From: Podarcis tiliguerta
Lineage: Eukaryota
Strand: one strand, 5' to 3'
DNA: 64,000 nucleotides
NCBI GenBank assembly: GCA_965153285.1
Contig: OZ229113.1
The notes under the pieces were generated by a model. The model was not told the DNA's origin. It did not search any database and saw nothing but the letters and a program-made list of their open reading frames with translations. Both the position numbers and the translations under genes were made by a program. Positions 37,981 to 52,549 of the stretch are shown piece after piece. How positions within the stretch are numbered: the first letter of the stretch is position 1; every line of letters begins with the position of its first letter.

Positions 37981-40690
37981 TCTGAGTAGACTGTATTCTA
38001 ATTGTTTCCAACTGGAGAGTTACGCGCATAAAACCAATTGGCATTAAAAGTGCTTAACTTGTTGTGTATCACAGCCATTAGTGTTGTGATTAGCTGGCAA
38101 CAGAACATTCATATTTTTAAAGCATAGGGTCACTTCCTGAGGCTTCTGAAGCATTTGAGTGTTTTCCCCATACTACTTATCCATCTCAACGGGCTTCCAA
38201 AAAAGGGCTGCAACTATTTTTGTCTTTATTTTTCACGTAGGGTAGGAGACTGAAGGAATGTCTCATCACAGGGACAGCCCATTTCAGAGCCATGAACACA
38301 ACACAGATTTATATTAAAATATATGCAGAGTTTGTGCATGCCATGCGGTGCAGAATAATTAATTGAATAAGATATAAAATTGATGTTTTCAAAGGGGGAA
38401 ATTTAGCAAAGCAAGGGAGATGAGCACGCTAGTGTCGGAAATTGCATCAGTGGTGTTTGCATGGCATTGTCGAGGACAGCGATTAGAGAGAAAAATCAAA
38501 GCTGTTTCATTAATCAAATCAATTCTCTATTGTAACAATGCAAAGATGTTATGTCTGCTGGCAGTCTGATTTGAAATCAAATGTCTATGGATTAATGAGT
38601 GCAAGATGATTGCTTCCAAGGCTGTTTTTGCAAGCAGAAGATTTTTTTTGGGGGGGGGGGGTGGAATTGGAAATGTGGCGCTAGACGTATCTGGCAGCAC
38701 AGTTTTGTTCTGAGATTCCAGATGGGCTGTCTTTATTATCATAATCACATGAAATTAAACATATTCTTGGGTGTATTCATTGAAACGATAGTCCTGGATC
38801 TTGATGTGGTTGAAATTGGAAGACCACAAAGTAGAATGAGCCAAAGTACATGAGCAGCAAATTTTTCTAGTGCAGTTGATGGATTGTACCATTTAATATT
38901 TCAAGTGGGGGCCTTTATGTTTGAGTATGTCCCATATTGAAAAAATTGTGCATAGAAAAGTATGCTGGGGAACCATGCATTTAGGCTAAACGTTTCTCTC
39001 TGACATTACTGTTTTCTGTGTACAGAAGTTTAATCTCACCCCACATTCTGGTATAGTCCTGTGAAAGCTCAATTAAATGATTCTTCAGATAGTGTAGCTC
39101 CCCTCTGAGTCAGATAATCCATAACTATTATTCTGGAATTCCTGCACTTAGTTGTAGTATAATGAAAAAGAAGATCAAACTTTATATTTTACATTTTTCA
39201 GAGGTTAAGTGCTATGATACCTTTTAATGTGCCAAACCTATGCTCACTGAAGAATGAATCTCATAAACTACTCTAGCATAAAAGAAAGCTCATCTACTAT
39301 TAGAGGAAGCTTCCCGGAATTAATTCAGGTGCCATTCCACATTCCCCTTGGTCCCTTTTCTTCCTTGAGAAGTCTGTTTGCTCTGGTTCAAAACTAAATT
39401 GATGGTATATAAATGCCCCCTTTTGAGTTGAACAGTTAATTTTGCAGATTAGAAAGAAAAAAGAAATCCTTGTTCTGATGTTTCATCTCATTCCCCACGG
39501 TGCTATAGACAAATAAGAAGCATATAGCTCTTACTGAGTCAAGATTATAGTACAGCTTCTCAGGAGAAAATTGGCTGGCTTTCATTCACTACATAAAAAA
39601 TGGCCAATTAAACATGGAAGCAGCAAGAAGCCAAAGTCCTCCTGTTGTGAGATGTGAAAATTAAATTGCTCTCTGCATTGGCTTGCCCCTTTTTCTGTCT
39701 AAGTTTAGCTCAGTGTTATTTCCTAATGTTCATCTTAATGTGCTTAAGGCCGATTGATGCCAAGTCTTGACTTCATGAGCCTTATTTGCTCAGATTAATT
39801 TTTATTCAAGGGGTAACCTCACTGGCTTCCACAAAATCGGACCAGTTTCCATTCTGAGGGTCAGTTTCCACACTCATATGAATCAGGGGGTGAAATGAAG
39901 AATTGTGGGAACTGTAGCTGGTTAAGGGTCTCCTAACAAGGTTTAACAAACTACAATTCCCAGGGTTCTTTGCAGGCTGGAAGCCGCCATTTCCCCTGTG
40001 GGGTGTCAGTCTGGGGTATTCCACTGGGGAGGGGAAACAGCAGCTGCAATTTTTAAAAATGGTGGAATGGCATCCTTCCCACCCCAAATATCCATGAACA
40101 AATCGATGTCTGAGGCATTGTGGAGAAAGCTGTCATCTGTCAGTCAGCGGCTGTCAAGAACAGCCCCACTGCCATTTCCATAGCAAGTGGCAAAAATTAT
40201 TTTTGTTCTCTGTTTTATTATTTTAAATATCCCTAGTTCTCCACCAACAAACAGGACAGAGGGACATTTATGCACAGCGGTTGTTTGAATGCTCTCCTAT
40301 GCAAAAATCCCTGCACACAGAAATCTAACCTGCCAAGCTGAGGGGTTTAGTCTACAATTCTCCTTGACATGGTGTGTTTCTCTATGGAGTATTTTTCATT
40401 GGGGAGTGTTCCCCACCTTCATCTCCACACCAGCAACTTGAAATGCTACAGTCATGGGAAATCTTGCTACTCAAAAGTTTCAATCTCAATGAGTTCAGTA
40501 GAAATATCATAGTATTAAATATTTTAGGACTAGAGCCTTAAATTATATGAAGAAGGATTGTGAGACCACTGGCTTCACTTTACTTGCAGTTTTTATATAT
40601 GATATTTTCAAGCATATACAGAAGTAGATTAGTTTCTTGGGAAGCAAATAACACAGTTGTGTGTACAATCTAGTTTCTAGCACTGATATA

Positions 40691-40931
40691 CAGTGGTACC
40701 TTGGTTTACAAACTTAATCCGTTCCGGAAGTCTGTTCTTAAACCAAAGCGTTCTTAAACCAAGGTGTGCTTTCCCATAGCAGCGGAGGACTCAATTTACA
40801 CTCAACAGGAAGCAGAATATGTTCTGCTTCCAAGGCAAAATTCACAAACCAAAACACCTACTTCTAGGTTTGTAGAGTTCTTAATCCAAGTTGTTCATAA
40901 ACTAAGCTGTTTTTAAACCAAGGTACCACTG
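40691..40931 (-). mobile_element. Tc1/mariner (Tigger-like) MITE
   Basis: TA TSD, TIR CAGTGGTACCTTGGTTTA / TAAACCAAGGTACCACTG; oriented opposite to the three copies downstream. Confidence 0.85.
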
Positions 40932-43900
40932 TATATTCCTTAATGAGAAACCCATTTTGGAATTCTCCACAGGAAATCTTGTGTGTGTCTGTTGAAATCA
41001 AGAGTATTTACAATCCGAGTTCCTTGTCAAAATTCAAATACTTTTTTCAAGGTTAGTATTGGACCAACAAAATCAACAAAAAATGTGGCATGCAATCATA
41101 TATACTTTCCATCAGTGTCAACAACCCAAGCATGAGACAAGTTCTGGATCCAGATAATTTTCTTGAACCTCACTGATAATTTGACAAAACCTGACTTCAG
41201 AAATAGAGCAAAGTTGGAAGGCTCCATGAGGAATGGAGAATGGGCACTAATGGAGGAAAGCAGGAAACAATCTGTTTCTTTTCTCCTGCAGTCCAAATTC
41301 TGGGCAGTGTATGGTGTGAACAGGGAAGGAGTGTGTGGAAAGTAGCCAGATGATTTGACCTTCTTCTCCTACTGCCATAGCAAATCTCTCCAAATCTTTC
41401 CTCCAAGCCTTTTTCTTTTGGAAGCTATGTGGAAGCCCATTTTGTCAGGATGTTATTTACACTAATTGCAAAGCAGAGTTTCTCTAAGGTAATGAGTGTT
41501 CTGCCATGTTTGTAAATTTTGCAAACTGGCGGAACTGTTGTGTGGCAAACCAATGCCAAAGATACTGCAGGGTCTGGATTCCCCCCACCCCCTGTTCTTC
41601 TGGAGTTGAAAATATTTTGTGTTTTTGCCTGATTTTGTTGATCCACATAGCGCTGAAATTGAGTGAATGCAGAGTAGTGTAATAGCATAATATTTTGCAA
41701 TGGTCCAGGAACACAACCATAAACTATTATATCTTAAAGTGCCACAAATGCTTTGTGAATGCTGTCCTCAGAATGCTATCTAGGGAGGTGTGGGGTGTAT
41801 TTAATTTCTAAAGAGACAGTCAAAGCACTTTGAGCACGTACATGGGCCCAATTCAGACATAATGGAAAACCATGGCTTCATGGCCAGGGGCTGCCACACT
41901 CCCTTTCTCACATGAAAATAGATGTTCTAGCTTCTGATTTTAAATACCCACAGTTCTGTGAGATCCAAATGTGGAGAGCTGTGGTTTATTTAACCTGTGG
42001 TTATTGAGAACAAACCAGGATCAAAATGTGGTTCCAGATTTGAGCTCTTCCTTAAACCACTGGTTAAACAAATGCAGTTCGTGGCATTTGGGTTTTGTGG
42101 GTAACTGGTTAGTTTAAACTTGGAAACAAACACTTGAATACACAAGCCTAAGGCTCACCAAAGCTTCTTCACATAGCACAAACCAGGGTACACCATTACC
42201 TGGCCAGATTCTTCAAATTTATATATGGTGTAGATTACAGACTCCTGTGTGAAGCTTTGCTTGCGTACTTCCATCATTAGTCATTTGCATTCATGTTGTG
42301 CCTATTCAAGCATAGCCATTAACCATTACTGTACACTACTGACAACTTCATTACCAGCAGAGTCAAACCATAACCCTGTTGAGAAATGTATCATAAAATG
42401 AATGCATGGAGCATAGCAGGATTGCATCTGTTGGACCTGCCCACAGTTTCCCACAAATTCAAAGTGTTTACTTATTTTAATTTATTAAATTTATATACCA
42501 CCCTTCATCTGAGGATCACTGGAGTGTTGGCAGTATAAAAGCACAAAATATGTGACATAATAATGAAGAGGACATTTTAGCACAGGTGCTGTACAGAAGT
42601 TTGATGAGCATGTTGTGTGCTGTGGGCACAATCCTTATTCTCCAACCCCCAGGTTCATTCCATACTGTGGTCTGGGGGAATTTGTTGTTGCTGCAAGTAT
42701 TTCACAGCTCATTATTATTCCACTGTTATGCTTGTCCAAGTATTATAGTTATGATATGTATATGTTAAGGACACATTAATATGATAAAAAATGATGAGGT
42801 CAGTTAGACGCCATATCATATTCTTGCCAGTTTTTGTAACTGTACATTGTGGGATATTAACCTCAATGACTTATGTGCAAGTATGTTGTTTTAATGGAAA
42901 AGGAAAGGTCTATTGAAGGCTTTTTTTAAACTTGCAAATGGTGTCTTGCTTAATAACCTCCAGTGGGTATTTTATTTGCATGGCTTTGGGTGGGGAGGAA
43001 GTTTGATCCTGATACCAAATTGACCCAGTCAAATTTGTATCAACAGAGGGTTAAACATCCAATCTTAACAGTCACAGTTTTCCCCCAAAGATACCTGGAT
43101 TGTTGTTGTCAGGTAAGGATGTTGAACCTTCTCTTTTAGAGAGCCCATATTCTCTGCCCATGACTTTAAATTCCCAGGGGTTCCCTTGGGAGGGGACTGC
43201 ATGACTGTTGAAGCAATTTAAGTCTGTGATGTAGGCATCCTTTGGGACTGAAGCAGAATATAGCAAAAGAAGGGATAAATTAACTCTGTTGGTTTTAGTT
43301 TGGGCTTCTTCTTCCCTTCCCCTCCTATTCTTCATTTATTTTGTTTACTTCAGGACTAGGCTTCCTACTGAGTTCTGCTTCATGTAGGGAAAAAGCTTTT
43401 TTTGCCTAATTGAAGAGCACTGTCGAGCATGTCACCGACTGTAGACCTTGCTGTAGTTAATTAGCAAACAAGTGTTTTATTTTTAAAGAGTTCACCAGAT
43501 GATCAATCACAGATTTTAGATAGTTGTCTGAGTTGCAAATTCATCGTGCTACTGGAATGAAACTGGGTTTACAGGCTTAAAGTGGTACGATCTCCCTCCC
43601 TTGGGGATGGGGAATAGGGGCGATGATGGATGGGCTGTGCTTGAAATTATTCATTTGCACATTATTCATATTAGAATTCAAGAAATAATTATTTGCATGG
43701 CAGGTAGCCTAGCTATCCTTCCTCAATGGTATGTGTGGGCTTACTATGTATACGAAATAATGTGCTGTGGTGTTTTTGATCTTTGCCTGAAGTCAGATGT
43801 GCACTGGAGAGAATGAAGGAGGCCTTGTTTCAAAGCAAAAGCAATGATGTCATCTCTGAATCACCAGGGTTATTGATGGACTGACTCTCCTAGCTCTGGC

Positions 43901-44369
43901 AAGTGGAATGAGGTGATAACAAGGCTTTCAAGTTTTACCATTTTTGTGACCAATTACCATTGTTTGTGACATATTAGCGTAGAAAATCAGAGAATAAGGC
44001 CAGTTTACTATTATGTGACTGTCAGCTGATGCTCAGTTTCTGCATGAGACTATTTGTGTGGGGGCTGGGGGAGGGCCTTATGGTGATGAGCTCCTGGACT
44101 TCAGCAGGTACCACTACTTGATTGATTCTGTTTTGTGGGATAACCTATGGGATAAGCAGGAGTCACCAACTTTTTTTTTGGACCTGTGGGTGCAATTGCA
44201 AACTGGCTAAATTACTGTGGGTGCTGCACAAACTATACAGCCAAGCACTGATTTTACAGAAGGTCTCTTTAGTGACATGTACTCCTGTGAGCGGGATATG
44301 TCTTGCCCCACAGTTGTGTGAATCTTTAAGCATGTTTATACCAATTACAGTACTTCAAATGGCTTACAG

Positions 44370-44505
44370 CAGTGATTGCCAAACTTAGCCCTCCAGCTGT
44401 TTTGGGACTACAACTCCCATCATCCCTAGCTAACAGGAGCAGTGGTCAGGGATGATGGGAACTAAAGTCCCAAAACAGCTGGAGGGCCACGTTTGGCCAT
44501 CACTG
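44370..44505. mobile_element. 136-bp palindromic hAT-type MITE
   Basis: Perfect 8-bp TSD GCTTACAG; TIR CAGTGATTGCCAAAC / GTTTGGCCATCACTG; same core as 1527-1662. Confidence 0.9.
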
Positions 44506-44546
44506 GCTTACAGTGATACAGTATCTGCTAATACAGTAATACAGTA

Positions 44547-45098
44547 GCCTAGGACCCTTGTACCTACAGGACCGCCTCTCCCGATATGCCCCTCGGAGGA
44601 TCTTAAGGTCCATAAATAGCAACACCCTAGAGGTCCCGGGCCCTAAGGAAGTTAGATTAGCCTCAACCAGAGCCAGGGCCTTTTCAACACTGGCTCCGGC
44701 CTGGTGGAACGCTCTGTCTCCTGAGACCAGGGCCCTGCAGGATCTGATTTCTTTCCGCAGGGCCTGTAAGACAGAGTTGTTCCACCTGGCCTTTGGCTTC
44801 CCTCCCCCTCTTTCTTTTTTCCTTTCTCCTTCTGTGTTGGAACTCCTATTTGGGGACTTCCCTGGCTTTTTTCTGGCCCATGTAGGACCAGTCTGGATAG
44901 TTAGCCTTGGTGAATACTTGACGTTTTCATCCCCCAAAAAGTTTTTGATTGAGTTTCCATTGAAATGAGGCTGCATTTTAATGTTTTAATGTTGTATTTT
45001 AATCTTGTTTTTAAGCAGTATTTCAATCAATTGTTTTTATATTTGGTGTTAGCCGCCCTGAGCCCAGTCTTGGCTGGGGAGGGCGGGGTATAAATAAA

Positions 45099-45130
<32 letters not shown>
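44547..45130 (+). mobile_element. 5'-truncated L2 LINE with uninterrupted ORF2 C-terminus and (TTA)n tail
   Basis: YLQDRLSRYAPRRILRS...TRARAFSTLAPAWWNALSPETRALQDLISFRRACKTELFHLAF; 3' end gccgccctgagccc...gggcggggtataaataaa(tta)n. Confidence 0.9.
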
Positions 45131-45131
<1 letters not shown>

Positions 45132-47927
45132 CTGTATGAATCAGGAACACCATTCAGGAGGGTGACTGGGAGGCAACTGTCCACCATAGGTTTCTTGCCT
45201 CAAGTGAATATTCTTCAGGTGTATATCTATTTCTAGTTATTAAGAGGTACAATTCCCAAAACCCGAGTCGAGCAATACTTTATTAGGACTAACAAAAGTG
45301 ATACACTCAGTGAGCATTTTTTTAAGTGCTCCTGTACTCTTCATCAGGCGAGGTGTTAAGCAAAGTTGGAGTTGGGGAACAGAAGGGGGGGGGGGACTAG
45401 CTGCTTGTAGAAACCTGAGAGTCTGCATTGGTCACAACATGATGTGTAGGAAGCTAATGTATGAGGTACATAACAGTAACCTCAACAAATTGCAAAGTGA
45501 TTTATTTTAAGAGCATTTGTTGAGGTTACCTGTGACCAGCGCAGTTCTAAGCCTATCAAAGAACAGACTTTGAACCTTATTATGAATCTCACCTATCCTC
45601 GCCTTGAGATCTGTCCCCCTTGAAATGCCACCTCAGCAAGCATTCACATCCCCTGGTGTGCTTGAAGGACTGTGTGAGCACAAAAAAACCTCTGAAAAGT
45701 TAATTGCTTTCATGTGAGATACTTGTGAGTTTAGTTTGCGCTCTTAAAGGGATTGAGACAACAAGACCAGACACTCTGGCTGTATTTGTCATGGAGCCTT
45801 ATTCGCTGCTCCTTCAATCTTAACTATCGGGGGTAGGCTGCAGTTGCTCTGCAACAAGGGGAAAGCAGTCTTTACATGCTCAGAGGCACTTTTAAGCTAT
45901 AAAACAGTCCGTGTCACAAGTCTTCCAATGTTGCACATGCTTAGGCAAACAAGATGGTAAATATATCCATTGCGGCTACACACAGCAGCATTACTAATTA
46001 CTCCTTTGAGTGGGCATCCTCTTAAAACTAAAATACTTTTGCAAAGTGCTACAATTTAAAATACGATGAAAAACAACAACAGGAGCAATACACCCCCTAT
46101 GATGCCAACTATTAATATTCAATGCTACTGAATTTAAAGGAAAGATTTACTAATTTTATTTGTCAAGTTGTTCAAGTGGAAAATCAGTTTTCCCCTGATG
46201 GGTTGCAGGTGTGGGCATTGTGCAGGGAACTAGGAAGGCTACATTGATTTATAACAGTATTGAAGGCTAACAGAGATCAAACTCTGCCTAGCTGGTGAAT
46301 TTATTGTGTTTGTATATTTATGTGAGAGAGAGAAGCTACAAAAGGCTGGAAACGGACTTGGTACTTCAGAGGGGTTCAAGAACCCTTGACTGTATAGACA
46401 AAGAAGAATTCCATTTTCTGAATGCTGTCCTAGTCCAGCCTTAAAAAGGAGCAACCAAAGTAATCTCTCTTGAGCAGACTCAGGTGGAAGAATGCCAGCA
46501 CGTTACATAATAAATTGCATACTATCATGTGATAGAGGTCCCCAGTGGGACCTGAAACCTGACATGCACGAAGAATGAAGCCAGTTTTCACGATGTGTTG
46601 ACTTAATTTCCAAACATCCTTTAAAATACAGCTAGATTTCTGCCATCATCTGGGGACTGAATCAACAAGGCTGTGGGAGGCACCAAATTAATTTTGCATC
46701 GGCATTCTGGATGCTGCTGATAATTTGTTCTGACACTGTGGCTATGGGTTATGACTGCAACAAGCGGGAGTGATCTGAGTGGACATTGCAGGAGCCAAAT
46801 TTAATAGACTTACTACTGTAATTTTCTGCCTGGAGGACAGCAGAGACTTTCCAGTGTTCCTGCAGCACAACAATTGGGGATTACTACGTAACAAGTCCGC
46901 AGGATTGGGAGAGGACTGAGAGGATTAATGGAGTATGACAAAATTGCACCTAAGGGGAAATCTTCTGTAGCAGTAGCTCTATGGTAATGTGGTAGACCAG
47001 GCAAATTGGCAATTGCTACTGATCTTTACACATGCATGTCTTCAAATAAAGTGTGTCAAAGTCAACTGGGAAGCAACAGTGGAGCTAAGACTGTCACAGC
47101 TGCTTATGTCACCCAACACACAAATCGCTTAATGCTATCATTTTAAGTATTTTAACATCAGAGTACGTTAACCATCGCTAGACTGTGGGCGCAGCACTAA
47201 ACAATCTTGCACTCTGTCCTGACCTCTCATGCCCAGCTCAATGAGATCTTAAGAAACAAGACTCAAAAATGTGAAGGACTATCACAAGTCTCTTCGGGGA
47301 TAATCTCTCTCTCAGCCAATTTGGAACATCCTGTTGCATTATAATATGACCAAAGAAACAGAACTTGGGCCAGTATCAGAGAGAACAGGGCAGATTAAGA
47401 TCTCAGTCACTTCCAAGTGGCTTTATCTGTGGTAAAGGAAATTTGGAACATAGCTAATACAGGGCAAAACATGTTCTGAACCCAGATGATGGTTGCCATT
47501 AACACTAAATGTTGATTTTGAGGATGATAATAATGAGATCAAATCTTGCCTATTGTACTGTGTATCACAGGTTCCACTAACAAAGATTAGTTGGTGATGG
47601 ATACATGTGATCAGTTACCTCAAGGAGCCCCATCCATAGTCATGCATTGGCTCGACACATATATCCCAGATTCCCAGCCATCAGATACCAATTCTCAAAG
47701 CACAATTATACTTAAGTATCATTCCAAACCACTTGTTGTTTTTACAGAAGCCACATTTTGATTTAGGCAAGGGACTATGAATAGGCTCTGCCCATCAGTT
47801 TACTCCTGATCCACAGTCAAAGGATGCCTTTAATCCTTGCCTGCTTCCAAAGGTAACGGAGGCTGTGGAAGGAATTTCCCTCTTATGAAATTCAGCTGTT
47901 AACTCCCGTGCATGTGCAAAGAAGCAG

Positions 47928-48130
47928 CACTGGTGGAGGAAGAGGCGTGCGGGGGGAGCACACCGCCCCCGGCAGCGCGATCCCAGCTGGGTGCCATCGC
48001 GGCTGCCCCCCTGCCCGTGATGGGTGCCATGCCCCTATGGGCAGCACATCACACCCCCGGGACGTGTGCCACCCCCCCCGGGTGCTCTCCCCCCCCCCCC
48101 CCGGGGCTGGAGCATGAAGCTCCGCCACTG
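47928..48130. mobile_element. GC-rich hAT-type MITE
   Basis: TIRs CACTGGTGGAG / CTCCGCCACTG; 8-bp TSD AGAAGCAG / AAAAGCAG. Confidence 0.75.
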
Positions 48131-49457
48131 AAAAGCAGGCAAATGGAATGAGGCATCGGATATGACTAACGATACAAGAACCTCTGCCGAATGCTCTATT
48201 GCCCTTTGCCTGGGACCTGGGAGATAAATAGTGTGCAAAGGCTATTTCTGGCCCTATTTATTTTTTTGCTCAATTTGAATTCAGTGGGCAGAGTGAGAAA
48301 GAGCCCTTGCCCTGTTGTGTTTCAGTTTATGTGGGGGAAAGAAGCTAAACCGCAAATTGGTGGGAGGAGGGCTAAATAAAGTGAGCTCATGGGCTACCAA
48401 TTTCCTTTCCAACTGTTCTGCCACACACGAGCATAACCATGGAAATGGAACATAAGGCAGATGAAGGAGCAAGGTTGTGCAGATTGAAGGAAACCCCGTG
48501 AGCATCCATTAAATTCTATGGGGAATATTAAATGCGCTGTGATCAGCAAGACTGCTGAGGGTCCTCCCTAGAAAGTGTGAATACTTGGAACAGAAAACAG
48601 GCTTAGCCACTATACCAATGGTGCCCTAAAGAGGACATACTTTTTTCCCATGCAGATGAATGGCCACCACGTTGTATCCCTAGTGGGGATATTTTGGCAA
48701 TAAGGGCAAAATCTACTTACCACCCCTGAGCCTGAGCGCCTCAGTCTCCAGAAAGAGAAACCCCATGGAGGTACACTGTGGTTTTTTCCGTTCAGTGTAC
48801 AGAGAAGATTCTGTGTTGCACTGGCTATGGGTCTCCAAAAAGATAGAAAAGGAAGAGGCAAAGCTCCCAAATAGTTCTGAAAAATAAATAAGAATAGTCC
48901 TTGCAAAGCAGTAAAAATGGCCAAGACATTTTGGTTGATGACAGCCTACCTATCAAGGCAGCATCTCTTTTGCTTTCAGTGCTCTCTCCATAGACCCACA
49001 CACATATTTCCCCTTCTCTCCCTCCCTCCCTCCCTAAGTTCAGGACAGCAGACATTGATTTTATTAAGGGAATTATGATCCCCACTCCAAAGCTGCACTC
49101 CAGCTTTGACACATTAAAATCGTATGCTAAAATCTATGTGTGATGTCTATATTTACTTTTCACCTTTAGTAAATCAAATCACGGATTTCTTCCAGCCATG
49201 CAACAGGGAGACCCATTACAGTACTGCAAAAGGAAACGTAACACTTTATTCCTTTAGCCTCTCTATTAAGATTTACAGCTTGGGGACTATGATGGATATT
49301 TTCCTTTTATCCTCAGATAGGGCTCTCTTGTCTCTTCACATCAGGGTGTACCTGGCATGTAAGCGAACATTTAGGCAGAATTACATTTTATACTTGGACA
49401 GCAGTGCTACTGAGTAAAGGCCTGCTTCTTTTGAGAGAGACCTCTCTCATGGACGTA

Positions 49458-49699
49458 CAGTGGTACCTCGGGTTACATACGCTTCACGTTACATACGCTT
49501 GAGGTTACAGACTCCGCTAACCCAGAAATAGTGCTTCAGGTTAAGAACTTTGCTTCAGGATAAGAACAGAAATTGGGTTCCGGCGGCGTGGCAGCAGCAG
49601 GAGGCTCCATTAGCTAAAGTGGTGCTTCAGGTTAAGAACAGTTTCAGCTTAAGTACGGACCTCTCGAACGAATTAAGTACTTAACCTGAGGTACCACTG
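49458..49699 (+). mobile_element. Tc1/mariner (Tigger-like) MITE, copy 1
   Basis: TA|CAGTGGTACCTCGGGTTA ... TTAACCTGAGGTACCACTG|TA. Confidence 0.9.
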
Positions 49700-52323
49700 T
49701 ACTTCAAGAACGGAGAATCAAGGCCTAACATTTGTTGAGAATAAATTTGAGTAGTGCAGCACTGGGTTTCCCCCGAGCTCACTCTTCAGGAAGCATCATG
49801 TGTAGGCAACCTTCTGCCATAAGATTATCTTATGAAGTGTCTGGGAGATAGAACATGTTGCACCAGCGCAGAAGAGCATGAATTGTGACACAATTCAGCT
49901 AGCAAAAAGTCACAGGTGTTTCAGTAGTGTTGCAAGCATGATGATATCTTTTTTAAAAAAGATCTAGGTGTTGGAGGCACTACATGAAATATGTGCCAAC
50001 ATCAGCTGAAATCTAATGCATGGGCTTCCCCTTCCCCAAATTATGTTTTGCTCAACCTCAACAATATCTTTTAAACAGATGAAAAAGATGAAAAAGATTT
50101 TAAAAGATGAAAATAACAATAACAAAGCAGATCAGCCATCCTGTTCTTAGCTGTTGTTGTTTGGGTTAAGAAGTGTTCTACAATGCTCTGTTTACATTGT
50201 TCTTTTTATGTTTGCTTGAGGGCTGGTGTGCAATTTATAAATCCAATTAGGCTGAAAAATACAGATGTAATTATTAATAATCTCTATCATGTACTTCAAC
50301 GGTCACAGCTACTCTTATAAATCAGAAAGGAGATGTGGTCTTAAGCTGCATTCCATTTTTAAAAGGATAAACACCGCACTGTAACTAAGAGGAATTACTC
50401 AAGTTGATTTCAGCTGCGTTAAAAAAACAAATACTTTCCTAATTCACACTTACTTAGGGAACAAATGATGTCATGAACAGCCTTTAGGCATTATGAGGAA
50501 AGTGTTAAAATGCATGCCCTTTTCAGATCCTGTTACTGTGGAGCTGTAGGGGGACTGAGGATCTACATCTGACCTACACATATTCATTTCCATGTCTGAA
50601 ATGAACTTATGATCAATGCTGCTTCTGGGCTTTAGTAGGTTCTTGAGCAAGGTGCCACCTGTGGACCCGTTCCTTCACTTCAGGATGCCAGTGCCTTGCT
50701 GCTTGTTCTTATCCACTGGGTCCAATCCCAACAACCCTCAAGAGGGAGAGCACAAGGATAGGGGGGAGTGAGGTTTCGCCTCACTCTTGCCATTGTTTGC
50801 ATGCTCAGAGATGTCAGGTAAAGAAGAGAAATGGCAGCAAAGAGGCTGAGAATGACCAGGAGTCTCCAAAGAGTGGCACTGGGCCCTCTGCAGGGATGTG
50901 ATACCTACCCTTGGTGCAGGCCCTGCCGCACATGGAGCCTCCTCAAGTGGTTGAGAACCCTGCAGAGGCAAGCATATATGTGTTGGCTTATTTTAGTCAC
51001 AGGAGGCTAAATGTTGTATTTGGGGATGGAATCCGCTCTCTCGATGCTGTGCACCCTCCCTCCCTCCCTAAGATTGAGCTTCAGCAGTGAGAACATCTGA
51101 AAAGTGCTACCTGCTTTGGAGTATGTTCTCACCTGAATGACAGAGAATGGCCTCTCTGCCCCCTGCTTTACTCCCCAAGAGTCCTCTGAGATGAGAGGTG
51201 ATTGCAGCGAAGCCTTGACACCTGACTTTCAGCACATAATCTTCTCTAAGGCCTGGGGCCTTTCTACATATAGCTAAGGATTGTATCCAAGGATCTTCTA
51301 ACCAGAGTAGACTTATTTAAACTGGTCAGCCTAATTAATGCATGTCCATTGAAGTCACTGGGTCTACCCTGAGCAGAAACTAGTTGGTGACAATTCTGCA
51401 TTTTCACGCATGTTGGAGTTAGTTGTGACCTAAATACTGTATTAGGATACAGTGCATCTCCAGTATCTGCACTGCTGCTGCAAAGTCGTATGATAGGGGG
51501 AAGGGGCATTGGCAAGAGTCATTCAGGACTGTGCCTGCTTGGGATTTACAAGCCCTACTACACAAAAGTGACATCATTAAGTGTGTAGTCCCAGATCCTT
51601 TATTAGACGCATTACAGACCTCTGCAGACTCTAATAAGCCAAGGTATGACCCAAAGAGTAGAAGAGCACCATTGCCACAAATTCAATGCAGGAATTCAAT
51701 AATTGTAGATTTTGCATCAGAAATTTGGGTGGAAACTGCACACATATAAAAAAAGGCTGTGAAAATGCTTTAAAAAAACATTTTGAAAAATACATTGAAT
51801 TTGATATAGCTCACTGTCACCAGCTAACATCACATTTGTTTATTGCACTTTACAGCAAATTTAAAAGATTTCATTTGCAGCTGTATGGCTGAGTCCTTAG
51901 ATTAATATGATATATATGTTGTAATTAGTGCCAGTTGAATGCATCAGGTCCATAAACACTGGTGACTACTGTATGCATTCACATGAAAACATGAAGAATA
52001 TGCCAAAGTAAGTGTGAAGAGGGAATCTTGCCTTTTGCCCTTATCAACTGGATTGCGTATTTATTGGCCATATTCTTTATGTGGAGAATGTGCAGCTTGC
52101 CTGAGACATTGTCCAGTGCATATGTGGAGGCAAATATTTGCCTAGGCTGTGCAATGTGTGAAGCTCATCTTGGTGTCATCACACTGTGTATATTCTCCAT
52201 GCCAACATGTAAATGTGTTTATCAATTTGCAATCGTCATATGGGACAGTGTTGCAAAGGCTTCTGAATTTAAATCCAGCTGCCACACTTGTCCTCTGGAC
52301 CGAAACATGGAAAAATGTGTGTA

Positions 52324-52549
52324 CGGTGGTACCTCGGGTTACATACGCTTCAGGTTACAGACTCCGCTAACCCAGAAATATTTCCTCGGATTAAGAACTT
52401 TGCTTCAGGATGAGAACAGAAATCGTGCTCCAGCGGCGCAGTGGCAGCAGGAGGCCCCATTAGCTAAAGTGGTGCTTCAGGTTAGGAACAGTTTCAGGTT
52501 AAGATCGGACCTCCAGAACAAATTAAGTACTTAACTCGAGGTACCACTG
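52324..52549 (+). mobile_element. Tc1/mariner (Tigger-like) MITE, copy 2
   Basis: Highly similar to 49458-49699; TA TSD. Confidence 0.9.

Noticed and set aside
47928-48130. Small intronic CpG island / alternative promoter
   Set aside because: The GC-rich stretch is bounded exactly by TIRs and an 8-bp TSD, so it is a transposon.
52028-52534. 168-aa ORF
   Set aside because: Non-ATG start, runs through a Tigger-like MITE, no domain similarity recognised.
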